DNA of 64,000 bases from an uncultured bacterium (GTDB lineage: Bacteria > Verrucomicrobiota > Verrucomicrobiia > Verrucomicrobiales > DEV007), in NCBI GenBank assembly GCA_963977015.1, contig CAXBMO010000005.1:96001-160000 (forward strand), read 5' to 3'. The notes under the pieces are model-generated. The model saw only the letters and a program-made list of their open reading frames with translations. It was not told the origin of the DNA and made no database searches. Below are positions 50,035 through 58,696 of the stretch, in pieces. Both the position numbers and the translations under genes were made by a program. Positions within the stretch are counted from its first letter, which is position 1, and every line of letters begins with the position of its first letter.

Positions 50035-50292
50035 TCACGCAGCGATTGGCTCAAACCGGTCCCGGTTGTTCTGAATTTCGAAGCGTCCGATGTCATACTT
50101 CGTCCACCCCCACCAATCCGGAATCCCCTTCGCCGGGCGGTTGGCCGGACCTTCCGCTGTGACGATGAATTTCACGTTCTCGAGGTCGTTCTTCCGCGCC
50201 ACCACACCGAACGCCTCAAAGAAAGTTCCTTTCCCGCTCGTTTTGGCGTTCAGCATTAACAAACTCTCCAAGGGACGCCGACTCGTGGCCAT
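50035..50292 (-). pseudogene. Possible gene remnant or small hypothetical protein next to the REP cluster
   Basis: Protein-like stretch (GTFFEAFGVVARKNDLENVKFIVT...GIPDWWGWTKYDIGRFE) whose 5' side runs into the palindrome cluster; no family recognised. Confidence 0.25.
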
Positions 50293-50312
50293 CGTCGGTG
50301 AATCGCAGGACT

Positions 50313-50826
50313 CCACCGGGGTTCCCCCCCCATGGTATCGAGCCCAACCACCAGACAGCCGCCCAACAAAAGGCCGCCCCAATTGGGTTTACCCCGATTG
50401 AGCGCTGCCCCCGCTAAAACGCCGTCAAATTCTCCTGCGAGCAGGAAGGGCAGAGTTCTTCGCTCGACCGGCACAAGGCCGAATGGCGCTAACTTTAGGC
50501 CGATCATCGGCGATTCAGCCGTGGTCTCCACAGGGGTTTATCCCCGTGGAACCAAGATCAATCACAGACCTGATTCCCACCACCGCCGCCCCAACCGGGT
50601 TTATCCCGGTTGAGCACTGATTCCACCGCTGAGAGCGTCGATTGGGAGCCCGGGCGCGTCCACACAGGATCAGCGCTCAACTGGCGCAAGGCCAGTTGGG
50701 GCGGATATTTGAAAGAGGAAATTCTGTGATTGATCGGGCCTCCCACCGGGATAAACCCGGGTGGCGGGCTTCCTCAAATACAGCTCATACGGCCATAAGT
50801 TAGCGCCATTCGGCACAAGACCAACC
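50313..50826. repeat. REP/BIME-like cluster of about 8 short palindromes forming a nested inverted repeat
   Basis: Units include CCACAGGGGTTTATCCCCGTGG (50528), CAACCGGGTTTATCCCGGTTG (50592), CAACTGGCGCAAGGCCAGTTG (50678) and CCACCGGGATAAACCCGGGTGG (50743). Flanks are mirrored around about 50645. Confidence 0.75.
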
Positions 50827-50895
50827 GGGGGGGATTAAAAGCCCAAAGATTTCCCGCTCGCGTTTCAAGGAAGAGAAACGCAGGCTGAAACCAAA

Positions 50896-51609
50896 ATGCA
50901 GCCAACGAACGAAACGAAGCCGCGCGAACGGTGGACGCATCTGCCGAAACTGGCCGGCCTGCTCGGCATGTTGGTTCCGTTGCTGACGGTGGTTTTGCAC
51001 CCGGGCCTGCGCGCAGAAATGGTTGAGGGAATCCGGATTCTTTCGTCCGGCAACTTGAACGCGCTGCACGTTTGGGCGGCAGAGTTTGGCGTCTGGGCTC
51101 CTCTCGCGACGAGCGCTCTCATGATCGCGCAAGCGTTGGCCGCACCGATTCCCGCAGTTCTCGTCACCTGGACCAATGCGCTTCTCTTCGGCTGGTTTCC
51201 CGGTGGTTGCCTGTCGATCGTCTCCGCGACCGTGGCCGCTTCGATTTGCTACGGAATAGGGCGCATCTTCGGTCTGCCGCTCGCGAATCGATTCGTGCGT
51301 CCGGAGACATTGCAGCAATGGGAAAAATCCATCGACCGCTACGGCGCCAACGCCATCCTTCTCGCTCGCCTCATCCCCTTCGTCCCGTTCGATCCGATCA
51401 GCTACATCGCGGGCATCGTCCGCATGCGCTTCTGGCCATTTTTCCTCATGACGCTCCTCGGCCAAATCCCGGCCGGGTTCGCCTATTCGTATCTCGGTGA
51501 GCAAGTCACGCAACCGGCGCGATTGGTCGTGACGTCGATCTGCGTGGTCGTAGCTCTGGTCGTGATCGGCCTGACCGCGCGACGGATTTTGCAAGGACGA
51601 GAACCTTGA
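50896..51609 (+). CDS. TVP38/TMEM64 (VTT/DedA-superfamily) membrane protein
   Basis: IAQALAAPIPA...NALLFGW, LLARLIPFVPFDPISYIAG, TLLGQIP. Confidence 0.88.
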   Translation: MQPTNETKPRERWTHLPKLAGLLGMLVPLLTVVLHPGLRAEMVEGIRILSSGNLNALHVWAAEFGVWAPLATSALMIAQALAAPIPAVLVTWTNALLFGWFPGGCLSIVSATVAASICYGIGRIFGLPLANRFVRPETLQQWEKSIDRYGANAILLARLIPFVPFDPISYIAGIVRMRFWPFFLMTLLGQIPAGFAYSYLGEQVTQPARLVVTSICVVVALVVIGLTARRILQGREP

Positions 51610-51622
51610 GCCACGAAAACTC

Positions 51623-52393
51623 TCAACCTTCAATCCGGCCCATCATCAGGTTGGAGACAAAACTCACTTCATCTTCCACCTCTCCCGGCGCTGCCGTCTC
51701 GGAAACGACAGAGTCGAGCGCGCGTTTGAATTGGTCGCGGAAAGCCAGCATCTTCGCCTTCACGTTGTTTTCGTTCGTTCCCAGTTCCAGCGCGATTTCG
51801 CTGTATTTCACATGATCGCCGTCTCCCGCGCGGCCGCTCAGGTTTTGGCAGAGCAACTGAAATTCCTTCAGCTTGTCTTTCTTGCTGTAGCGCTGTGCCA
51901 ACATCCCCATCACCTGATTGATCGTCGCCTCCGCCCACTCTTTTTCGAAGATCTTGTCCGGTGACTGTTCATCGATTGCCGTATTGGCAAAACGCCCCTC
52001 GGCCCACTCAAAATCCATCGATACATGGGTTTGCGCCTTCGGCCCGCCCCGTTTCTGGGCCGACTCCTTGCGAAATTCCTTCTTTCGGAACCGGTCCAGC
52101 GCCACTTTCAGAAACGTCCGCAACCGACCGCGTTTGGGGTCCCACTGTTTGATCTGCTCCCGTTCCAGCAACTCGTTGACAATGAACGCCTGCACCAAAT
52201 CCGAGGCGTCGTCGTGCGTCTCTCTTTGTGCCCGCATAAAGGCATACATCGGATACCAGTAACGCTGAAAAAACTCCTCCAACGCCTGCTGAGAATCCAT
52301 CGGGTTATCGGAAAGAACCCGCTGGTAAAGACTCAGACTGGTTTCCGGGAACGGATTCGGGCTGCCTGCCATCGTGCTTTCTGACTCGCTCAT
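51623..52393 (-). CDS. ECF-type RNA polymerase sigma factor of the Ser/Thr-kinase-associated type
   Basis: FPETSLSL...RYWYPMYAF...DASDLVQAF...DPKRGRLRTFL (sigma2); SAQKRGG linker; YSEIALELGTNENNVK (sigma4 HTH). Confidence 0.88.
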   Translation of the reverse strand: MSESESTMAGSPNPFPETSLSLYQRVLSDNPMDSQQALEEFFQRYWYPMYAFMRAQRETHDDASDLVQAFIVNELLEREQIKQWDPKRGRLRTFLKVALDRFRKKEFRKESAQKRGGPKAQTHVSMDFEWAEGRFANTAIDEQSPDKIFEKEWAEATINQVMGMLAQRYSKKDKLKEFQLLCQNLSGRAGDGDHVKYSEIALELGTNENNVKAKMLAFRDQFKRALDSVVSETAAPGEVEDEVSFVSNLMMGRIEG

Positions 52394-52456
52394 CGCTTCA
52401 AAATGGCTCCATCTCCGGGAATTCTCCAGTGTTGAAAAAGATTCTTGGGAAAAATC

Positions 52457-52485
52457 CTAACCTGCTGAGTCGATCCGGTAAGAAG
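52457..52485 (+). promoter_or_regulatory. Bipartite motif copy E (candidate ECF promoter) upstream of the kinase
   Basis: CTAAC-N13-CCGGTAAGAAG, preceded by an A-rich tract; matches copies A-D. Confidence 0.55.
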
Positions 52486-52610
52486 CGTGCAGGACACAAT
52501 CAACCTTACTTCAAAGTCAGAATCGCTGGATCTCGCCATTTCTTCATGAACACACACACCAAGAGTTCACCATTGACCGTCAACCGCCCAAGGCTAATCT
52601 GGTCTCTCCG

Positions 52611-55600
52611 ATGCTTGGGCAATCTACTCCCGTTTGCGAAAAGTGCGGCGCTCCGCTCTGGAACAATTCTCCCGTTCCTGTTTGCGGTCGGTGCCTGCTC
52701 GTGGCTGCCGTTGTCAAAACGCAACACTCTCGCCAGTCTCAAAGGGAAGGAGGCAGCATGAAGGATGGCGATGCGACCGAACCACATCCACGCTCCAAAA
52801 GTTCCTCCCTCGGAATCGAATTGCCGGATCGTGATGAAATCCAGAAGCTCTTTCCCGAGCTGGAGATTGGTGATCTGCTCGGCGCCGGAGGAATGGGCGC
52901 CGTTTTCAAAGCGCGGCAGCCTCGGCTCAAGCGGGATGTCGCGGTCAAGATCCTCTCCAAGCGATTGGCCAGCGATCCCGAGTTCATTGCCCGCTTCGAG
53001 CGCGAAGCCCAGGCCATGGCCAAGCTCGACCATCCCAACATCGTCACGATCTACGATTTCGGCGATCGCGAGGGCTATTACTACTTCATCATGGAATTTG
53101 TGGACGGCGGTGATCTCCATCAACTCATCGCAGCGAGCAAGCTTGACCCTGCCGCCGTGCTGGAACTGGTTCCGCAAATTTGTGGCGCAATTCAATTCGC
53201 CCACGAAGAAGGGATCACTCACCGTGACATCAAACCGGCCAACATCCTGCTCGACACCAAGGGCCGGGTGAAAATCGCGGATTTCGGTTTGGCCAAAATC
53301 CTCGCCGGAACCACCGACATCTCGTTGACGATGCCTGGCACCGCCATGGGAACGCCTTTTTACATGGCCCCGGAACAGTTGATCGACACGGAAAATGTCG
53401 ATCAGCGCGCCGATATCTATTCGCTCGGCGTGGTGCTCTATCAGATGTTCACCGGCGTGCTCCCCCAAGGCGATTTCGATCCCCCCTCAAAGACCTTGCC
53501 GGATATCGGTTCGTCCGTCGATAACGCGGTCATGCGAGCCTTGGCACAGGATCCGGCGCTCCGATTCGCCGAGGTGAAAGAGATGATGGAGGCGCTGGAA
53601 TTGGTGCGGGAAGAGCGCAAGAAGCGACGGTCGAAGAAGCACAAGTCGAGTCCTGGCAAAGATCCCAGTAAGCGCAAAAGCCTGATCCCATGGGTGGTTG
53701 GCACTCTGTTGGCAGTTTTCATTGTGGCTGCCATCAGGATCTGGATGTTTCCGAACAAGGCGGAGTCGCCAATGGCCGTTCATTCGTCTGCGGCGGATTT
53801 CAATCATATCGTTGCACCGTTGGTTCCGCAAACGCGGCCCGGCCCGCTTCGAGGGTTGTTGCTGACGTCCGAAGATGAAGTTCAGTCCATGGATCTTTCC
53901 GAGGTTTCGGAGTTCAACGACTTCATCCAGGTCCGGACAACGAATGCCGGTAATCCTCCAACCATTCTGGGTCTTCGCGCAAACGGGAAAGTGATCGGCA
54001 TCAATACGCCTGAAAACTGGGAAGACGGACTCGCGTTGCTCAATCAGGGACCTCCGATTCGATTTCTCGGGCGGAACGTCATGTCCATGCAACATCTCGT
54101 TGCGATCGACGAAACCGGGGTTGCTCGCCCCCTGCTGCCAAGCCACCCTGCCCATCAGGGATTTCCTGCAAATCCGGGTGCTGAAATTGCCGATGTGAGA
54201 ACCTTCACAGACCACAGCGCCATGTTGACGGTAGATGGGCGGGTGCTCTTGTGGGGGCCCGATTTTGTAGGTGAAAACAAGTCTTGGGATATGCCGCCGG
54301 ATACCTTTCGGACCGGTGTCGAGCAAATCCGGGTCACGGAAAACGCGATTTTTCTCCGGTATGCCAACGGCGACGTTAAAGGATGGGGAGAGACGGGCGA
54401 GATCTCATTGCCCCGGGCGATGCGTCACGACGTCAAAGCCATTTCCGTCAACGCTTTTTTGCTGAGGGCCTTGGATTCGGAGGGTCGAGTCTGGTCTACC
54501 TCGTCAGAATCGCCCAATCTCCTTGGAAATGGCGGAGAGTTCGTCGCCACTGGAGTTGCTGCTCTCAAGGATCAGCCCCTCGGGATGATCGTCTACAAGA
54601 AGGCGGATAGCCGCCGGTGGGAACTAACAAGTGGCAGTGGTCCAGAGCGATGGTACGGTCCGTTCGCCGCGGAGCTTGAAAGACTTGGTGACATCCCGGG
54701 GGAAGCCTTCAATGGTGGTGGACATACAACTTCCGAGACTCGCTTTCTGGTTTGGATCGAGCCGGCGGTGGCCGAGGCAAAATTAGAACCAGTTCTGCCC
54801 ACGATGAAGCCCGGCCGATTGCGGGCAATGGGGACGATCGGACTCGACGGACGGATCGTCCCCGCATCGGAGGGACTGCCGGATGTCGATGATATTGTCC
54901 AAATCCGGACGAGCAAAATCGGCGCAATGATCGCGTTGAGAGCCAATGGCAAGCTGGTCTCCAATCTTGAGCCTTTCTCGGAAATGATTGACGCTATCGC
55001 CAAATTCAATCGCGATCATACCGCCCGGCACCTGGGGTATATGTATTATTCCGCGCATGGGTTGGTAGCGATTGATGTCCTGGGTGTTCCCAGGCCTGTT
55101 TTTCCCGACCATCCCACCCATTCCAACTTTCCTCAGCCGGACGAACCCGTGGTTGATGTCATGGGCAGCAACTCAGGCGGAGTCATGCTCACAGAGAGTG
55201 GACGAGCGATTCCCTGGGGATTGTATTACACCCGGGAAGAGGATCGCTGGGATATGCCTCCCGATGACCTGTTGACGAATGTTGAAGAGGTCGCGCTCGG
55301 TAGCTACGCCTTTTTCGTCCGGAAGAAGAGCGGCGAGGTCGTCGGCTGGAATGGGAAACAGAAGATCCTTCCCCCGGAGGAAATGCGCAGCGGAATGCAA
55401 AAAATCGCCATGCATTTCGATAGCTTGGCTGCGATAGGACCTAAGGGCAGATTCTGGCGAACACACGGAGTTTTCCGCTACACGGAACTTTTCATCAAGG
55501 GTGAAATTGAGGCCACGAATATCACAAACAGCAATCATGGAGTGGGCCTTTTGCGAACCGGCACGGGAATCTGGCAACCCACTTTCGATGCAGACCGTCC

Positions 55601-56687
55601 GCTCATGTCTCCCTTGTTGGAAAAGGTCGCCACGCTTGAGGACTACCCGGAAGATGCGTTTGTTATGGGAGGAGACGATGGCTCTCAATCGCGGTTTCTC
55701 TTTTGGATCGAGCCGAAAACGGCGGAAGCAGCCACTCCACAGATCGACCTCCCGCCGGCCCTGGCCGCGATGAAACAGCACGGCGGCGCGCTCAGCGTTT
55801 GGAAGAGTCCCGGATGGGGCGACAAGCCTTACGACATCTCGCCGGCGGAAGGGATCGGTGATTTTCACGCATTGCTCGCGGTCAGTCATTCAGGCTGGGT
55901 CGCGGCTCGGCACCGTGGCCCCTCGGTTTCGTCGCTGCCTTGGTTTCATGATCTTGACGGCCTCGATTGGGCGAGCATGGAGAGTCCGACTTATGGCGGA
56001 ACACGGGACGGAACTGTCCTGGTGTCTCGTGGAGATGGAATTACCGGATTCCAAGCGGCACGCGAGGAGCTGACCGATCTGGTTGAAGCTGGACATTGGA
56101 TCTTGCGCTCGTCGACGGGAGAAATACGGCTCGTGGTCCCCGACCTCGTCACTCAGGCGCCCGGCTGGAAAACCATGCAACGCAAATTGAAAACCCTGTA
56201 TGGCGTCCGTGCGGTTTCCAATCAGGGAACTCGGAATGGAGGGGTGATCCTTTCGGATGGATCGCCATTGTGCTGGCTCTATCGAGAAGAGGAACCCTTT
56301 GTCGAACCTCCGGAAGTGGCACGCGATCTGGTCGAACTTCATGCCTGCGCGGGCGGATGGGTAGCGTTGCGCGAGGACGGACGAGTGATCGCTTGGAACT
56401 ATCACGGGCAAACGAACAGATCCCATCACCTGACACCTCCCGGTGACCTTCCGCCTGTTACGACTTTGCGTAGCAATAATGATCTGGTCGCCGCGCAAAC
56501 GGCAGATGGAAGTTGGCGAGCCTGGGGCGGCGAGCCCACCAATCCAGAGGGGCTGGATGACACGGAAGCGATTCTCCAATTTCTCAACCAAGAAATGGGG
56601 CTAGCAGTCGATTTGGGATTCTGTAACCCGGGCACTGGCGGGCGCGTGGTGATTTGGATTGAGCCGACGGGGCTTACACCTAAATAG
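52611..56687 (+). CDS. Membrane Ser/Thr protein kinase (Hanks type) with an N-terminal Zn-ribbon and three 317-aa extracytoplasmic repeats
   Basis: CEKC...CGRC; GAGGMGAV, VAVK, FERE, HRDIKPAN, DFG and GTPFYMAPE all intact; TM WVVGTLLAVFIVAAI; repeats end in WIEP at 54753, 55704 and 56655. Confidence 0.92.
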   Translation: MLGQSTPVCEKCGAPLWNNSPVPVCGRCLLVAAVVKTQHSRQSQREGGSMKDGDATEPHPRSKSSSLGIELPDRDEIQKLFPELEIGDLLGAGGMGAVFKARQPRLKRDVAVKILSKRLASDPEFIARFEREAQAMAKLDHPNIVTIYDFGDREGYYYFIMEFVDGGDLHQLIAASKLDPAAVLELVPQICGAIQFAHEEGITHRDIKPANILLDTKGRVKIADFGLAKILAGTTDISLTMPGTAMGTPFYMAPEQLIDTENVDQRADIYSLGVVLYQMFTGVLPQGDFDPPSKTLPDIGSSVDNAVMRALAQDPALRFAEVKEMMEALELVREERKKRRSKKHKSSPGKDPSKRKSLIPWVVGTLLAVFIVAAIRIWMFPNKAESPMAVHSSAADFNHIVAPLVPQTRPGPLRGLLLTSEDEVQSMDLSEVSEFNDFIQVRTTNAGNPPTILGLRANGKVIGINTPENWEDGLALLNQGPPIRFLGRNVMSMQHLVAIDETGVARPLLPSHPAHQGFPANPGAEIADVRTFTDHSAMLTVDGRVLLWGPDFVGENKSWDMPPDTFRTGVEQIRVTENAIFLRYANGDVKGWGETGEISLPRAMRHDVKAISVNAFLLRALDSEGRVWSTSSESPNLLGNGGEFVATGVAALKDQPLGMIVYKKADSRRWELTSGSGPERWYGPFAAELERLGDIPGEAFNGGGHTTSETRFLVWIEPAVAEAKLEPVLPTMKPGRLRAMGTIGLDGRIVPASEGLPDVDDIVQIRTSKIGAMIALRANGKLVSNLEPFSEMIDAIAKFNRDHTARHLGYMYYSAHGLVAIDVLGVPRPVFPDHPTHSNFPQPDEPVVDVMGSNSGGVMLTESGRAIPWGLYYTREEDRWDMPPDDLLTNVEEVALGSYAFFVRKKSGEVVGWNGKQKILPPEEMRSGMQKIAMHFDSLAAIGPKGRFWRTHGVFRYTELFIKGEIEATNITNSNHGVGLLRTGTGIWQPTFDADRPLMSPLLEKVATLEDYPEDAFVMGGDDGSQSRFLFWIEPKTAEAATPQIDLPPALAAMKQHGGALSVWKSPGWGDKPYDISPAEGIGDFHALLAVSHSGWVAARHRGPSVSSLPWFHDLDGLDWASMESPTYGGTRDGTVLVSRGDGITGFQAAREELTDLVEAGHWILRSSTGEIRLVVPDLVTQAPGWKTMQRKLKTLYGVRAVSNQGTRNGGVILSDGSPLCWLYREEEPFVEPPEVARDLVELHACAGGWVALREDGRVIAWNYHGQTNRSHHLTPPGDLPPVTTLRSNNDLVAAQTADGSWRAWGGEPTNPEGLDDTEAILQFLNQEMGLAVDLGFCNPGTGGRVVIWIEPTGLTPK

Positions 56688-56832
56688 AGCCCGTCCCTTC
56701 TATATTGCGCTTCAATGTTAGCGCCTCTTCTATGTTGACTCGTCGTGCTTCACTCACCGCCGATCGGGTTCGTGGGACTGAGGTGGGAAATTCTTGACCG
56801 CACCATCTCCAAGCGTTTATCCATGAAGTGGA

Positions 56833-57573
56833 ATGGCAGACATCTTTCTCAGCTACAAAGGGACGGACTACGAAAAGGTCCGGGAAATCATCCAATTACT
56901 GGGCTCCCAACAGAACTGGAGCATCTGGTGGGACCGGGACATTGAGAAAGGGGAATTGTGGAGTGCTCGCATTCGTAAGGAACTTCGCGACGCCAAGTGC
57001 GTCGTGGTCGCCTGGAGCATTCGGTCCATCGATCCCATAAGCGGTAAGTGGGTTCTCGCCGAGGCAGACTATGGATTCAACAAGAACCGGCTCATTGGAG
57101 TCCGAATTGAACCGGTCGGCATCCCAGTTCCCTTTAATCAGATCCAATCCATCGACCTATTTGGGGACAAGGCCGCAGGTCGACGGGCTCTGATAAAAGC
57201 TGTTGGCGAGAAGCTGGCGAAGCGCTCGCCGGGAAAACAGAAGAAGGGCCAACTGAGATGGAAGGAACTCGTCCTCGAATGCAAGGCACTGGGCGTAGGA
57301 TTCAGCATCACCAAAAACACCTTGCGCGGTCGCCAAAGCCTTCTGATCGGTCGAGACAAAAGTTGTGACCTATGGGTGCCCTACGACGCGGTTTCTCGCG
57401 AGCACGCCCGAATCACGTTCGACAAGTACAAGGGCCCGTGCATCATTGATCTCGGATCGGCAAATGGCACCTATCTCGATCGAGGCAAGGTTGGCAAATC
57501 CCGACGACCATTGTTGAGAGCCCGACATCTGGAACTCGGGACCCTGACATTCACAGTAGAAGTTATCAACTGA
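56833..57573 (+). CDS. TIR domain + FHA domain protein
   Basis: TIR: DIFLSY...WWDRDIEKG...CVVVAWS...WVLAEA (putative catalytic Glu). FHA: LIGRDKSCD...VSREHARI...DLGSANGTY (G-R, S-x-x-H and N-G conserved). Confidence 0.85.
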   Translation: MADIFLSYKGTDYEKVREIIQLLGSQQNWSIWWDRDIEKGELWSARIRKELRDAKCVVVAWSIRSIDPISGKWVLAEADYGFNKNRLIGVRIEPVGIPVPFNQIQSIDLFGDKAAGRRALIKAVGEKLAKRSPGKQKKGQLRWKELVLECKALGVGFSITKNTLRGRQSLLIGRDKSCDLWVPYDAVSREHARITFDKYKGPCIIDLGSANGTYLDRGKVGKSRRPLLRARHLELGTLTFTVEVIN

Positions 57574-57673
57574 GCACTCGAAGACGGTTACGCTTTCGGA
57601 CTGCCTACGCTCGCCCTGCCTCTTGCTCGATTTCCATTGCCACTTCACCCTGATTCGCCTCTTAGCTTTCTGC

Positions 57674-57945
57674 ATCATGGGAAACGAACAAATTCCATCA
57701 CCTGACACCTCCCGGTGACCTGCCGCCTGTTTCGTCTCTGGGTAGCAATAGTGATCTGGTCGCCGCGCAAACCGCAGATGGAACCTGGCGAGCCCTCCTC
57801 CAAATCCGAGGAACCAGATGACACGGAAGCGATTATCCAATTTCTCAATCACGAAATGGATCCAGCAGTCGATTTGGGATTCTGTAACCCGGGCACCGGT
57901 GGGCACGTGGTGGTTTGGATCGAGCCGGCAGCTGTTGGGGAGTAG
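57674..57945 (+). pseudogene. Orphan diverged copy of the kinase 3' end (about the last 90 codons), frameshifted
   Basis: Aligns to 56401-56667 (e.g. CCATCACCTGACACCTCCCGGTGACC; GCAGTCGATTTGGGATTCTGTAACCCGGGCAC). Has an apparent deletion between two GGCGAGCC copies and its own stop at 57943-57945. Confidence 0.8.
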
Positions 57946-58011
57946 TTCTGACAAGGTGTTGGCGCGGCTTTAGACGGGAAAGTCCGGCTTGGAAAAAGAA
58001 ATCGAGAAAAT

Positions 58012-58051
58012 TTCTAATTCTCACGCCTCGGACCGGAAAGCAGGGAGTGAA
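58012..58051 (+). promoter_or_regulatory. Bipartite motif copy A (candidate ECF promoter)
   Basis: TTCTAAT-N14-CCGGAAAGCAGGGAGTGAA; ATG 58092 lies 59 nt after the start of CCGG. Confidence 0.65.
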
Positions 58052-58091
58052 ACCAATCCATCTCAATCTTCACACCCAATAAACCCAAAAA

Positions 58092-58490
58092 ATGAAAACG
58101 ACCAAATCGACCTTCACCGCTCTCATCATGGCCAGTTCGACCTTGCTCTGCCAATTCCTCAGTGCCCAGACAAGTGCGGATTATTTCAATCGGGGCAATG
58201 AAAAGGGAAGGCTTGGGGATTTTGAGGGAGCGATCTCGGACTTCACGCGAGCGATCCAACTCAATCCGAAGGCCCCTTACGCCTACCACAATCGGGGAGT
58301 GGCCAAGAAAGACTTTGGGGACGACAAGGGGGCAATCTCGGACTACTCGCGAGCAATCGAGCTCGACCCCAAGGATGCCAAAGCCTACTACTACCGGGGA
58401 AACGCCAAAACGAGCATTGGGGACACTCTGGGAGGAATGTTAGACTTCAACCAAGCGATCGCCCTAGCCCCGAAGATTGCGGGAGGTTGA
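58092..58490 (+). CDS. Secreted tetratricopeptide-repeat protein (3 TPRs)
   Basis: Signal peptide ...LSA-QTSA; YFNRG...AIQLNPK, AYHNRG...AIELDPK, AYYYRG...AIALAPK. Confidence 0.85.
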   Translation: MKTTKSTFTALIMASSTLLCQFLSAQTSADYFNRGNEKGRLGDFEGAISDFTRAIQLNPKAPYAYHNRGVAKKDFGDDKGAISDYSRAIELDPKDAKAYYYRGNAKTSIGDTLGGMLDFNQAIALAPKIAGG

Positions 58491-58622
58491 GAGGAACGGT
58501 TTCGAGCTTTGCACGATCGGTTGAAGGCGGGTTCTGGGGACGATCATGTAGTGGCCCCTGTGTGGCGAATTCCCCCGCGTTTGGGCGAGAAAACCTGGCT
58601 TGGGAAATAAATAGGAAGAAAT

Positions 58623-58662
58623 TTCTAACCTTCCCAACCCGAACCGGAAAGCAGGAGGTGAA
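58623..58662 (+). promoter_or_regulatory. Bipartite motif copy B (candidate ECF promoter)
   Basis: TTCTAAC-N14-CCGGAAAGCAGGAGGTGAA; ATG 58697 lies 53 nt after the start of CCGG. Confidence 0.65.
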
Positions 58663-58696
58663 CCCTATTTCAATCCTTCAACCTACTACCTGAACA

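Noticed and set aside
50313-50826. CRISPR array (GGTTTATCCCCG resembles type I-E repeats)
   Set aside because: Units occur in both orientations, are not identical, are irregularly spaced, and no cas genes are present. A REP/BIME cluster fits better.
56794-56824. Sigma70 promoter for TIR-FHA (TTGACC...TATCCA)
   Set aside because: The -10 element lacks the conserved final T and the spacing is 18 nt; too weak to call.
56401-57945. Diversity-generating retroelement VR/TR pair
   Set aside because: Differences are not restricted to adenines, they include indels, and no reverse transcriptase is in the window.
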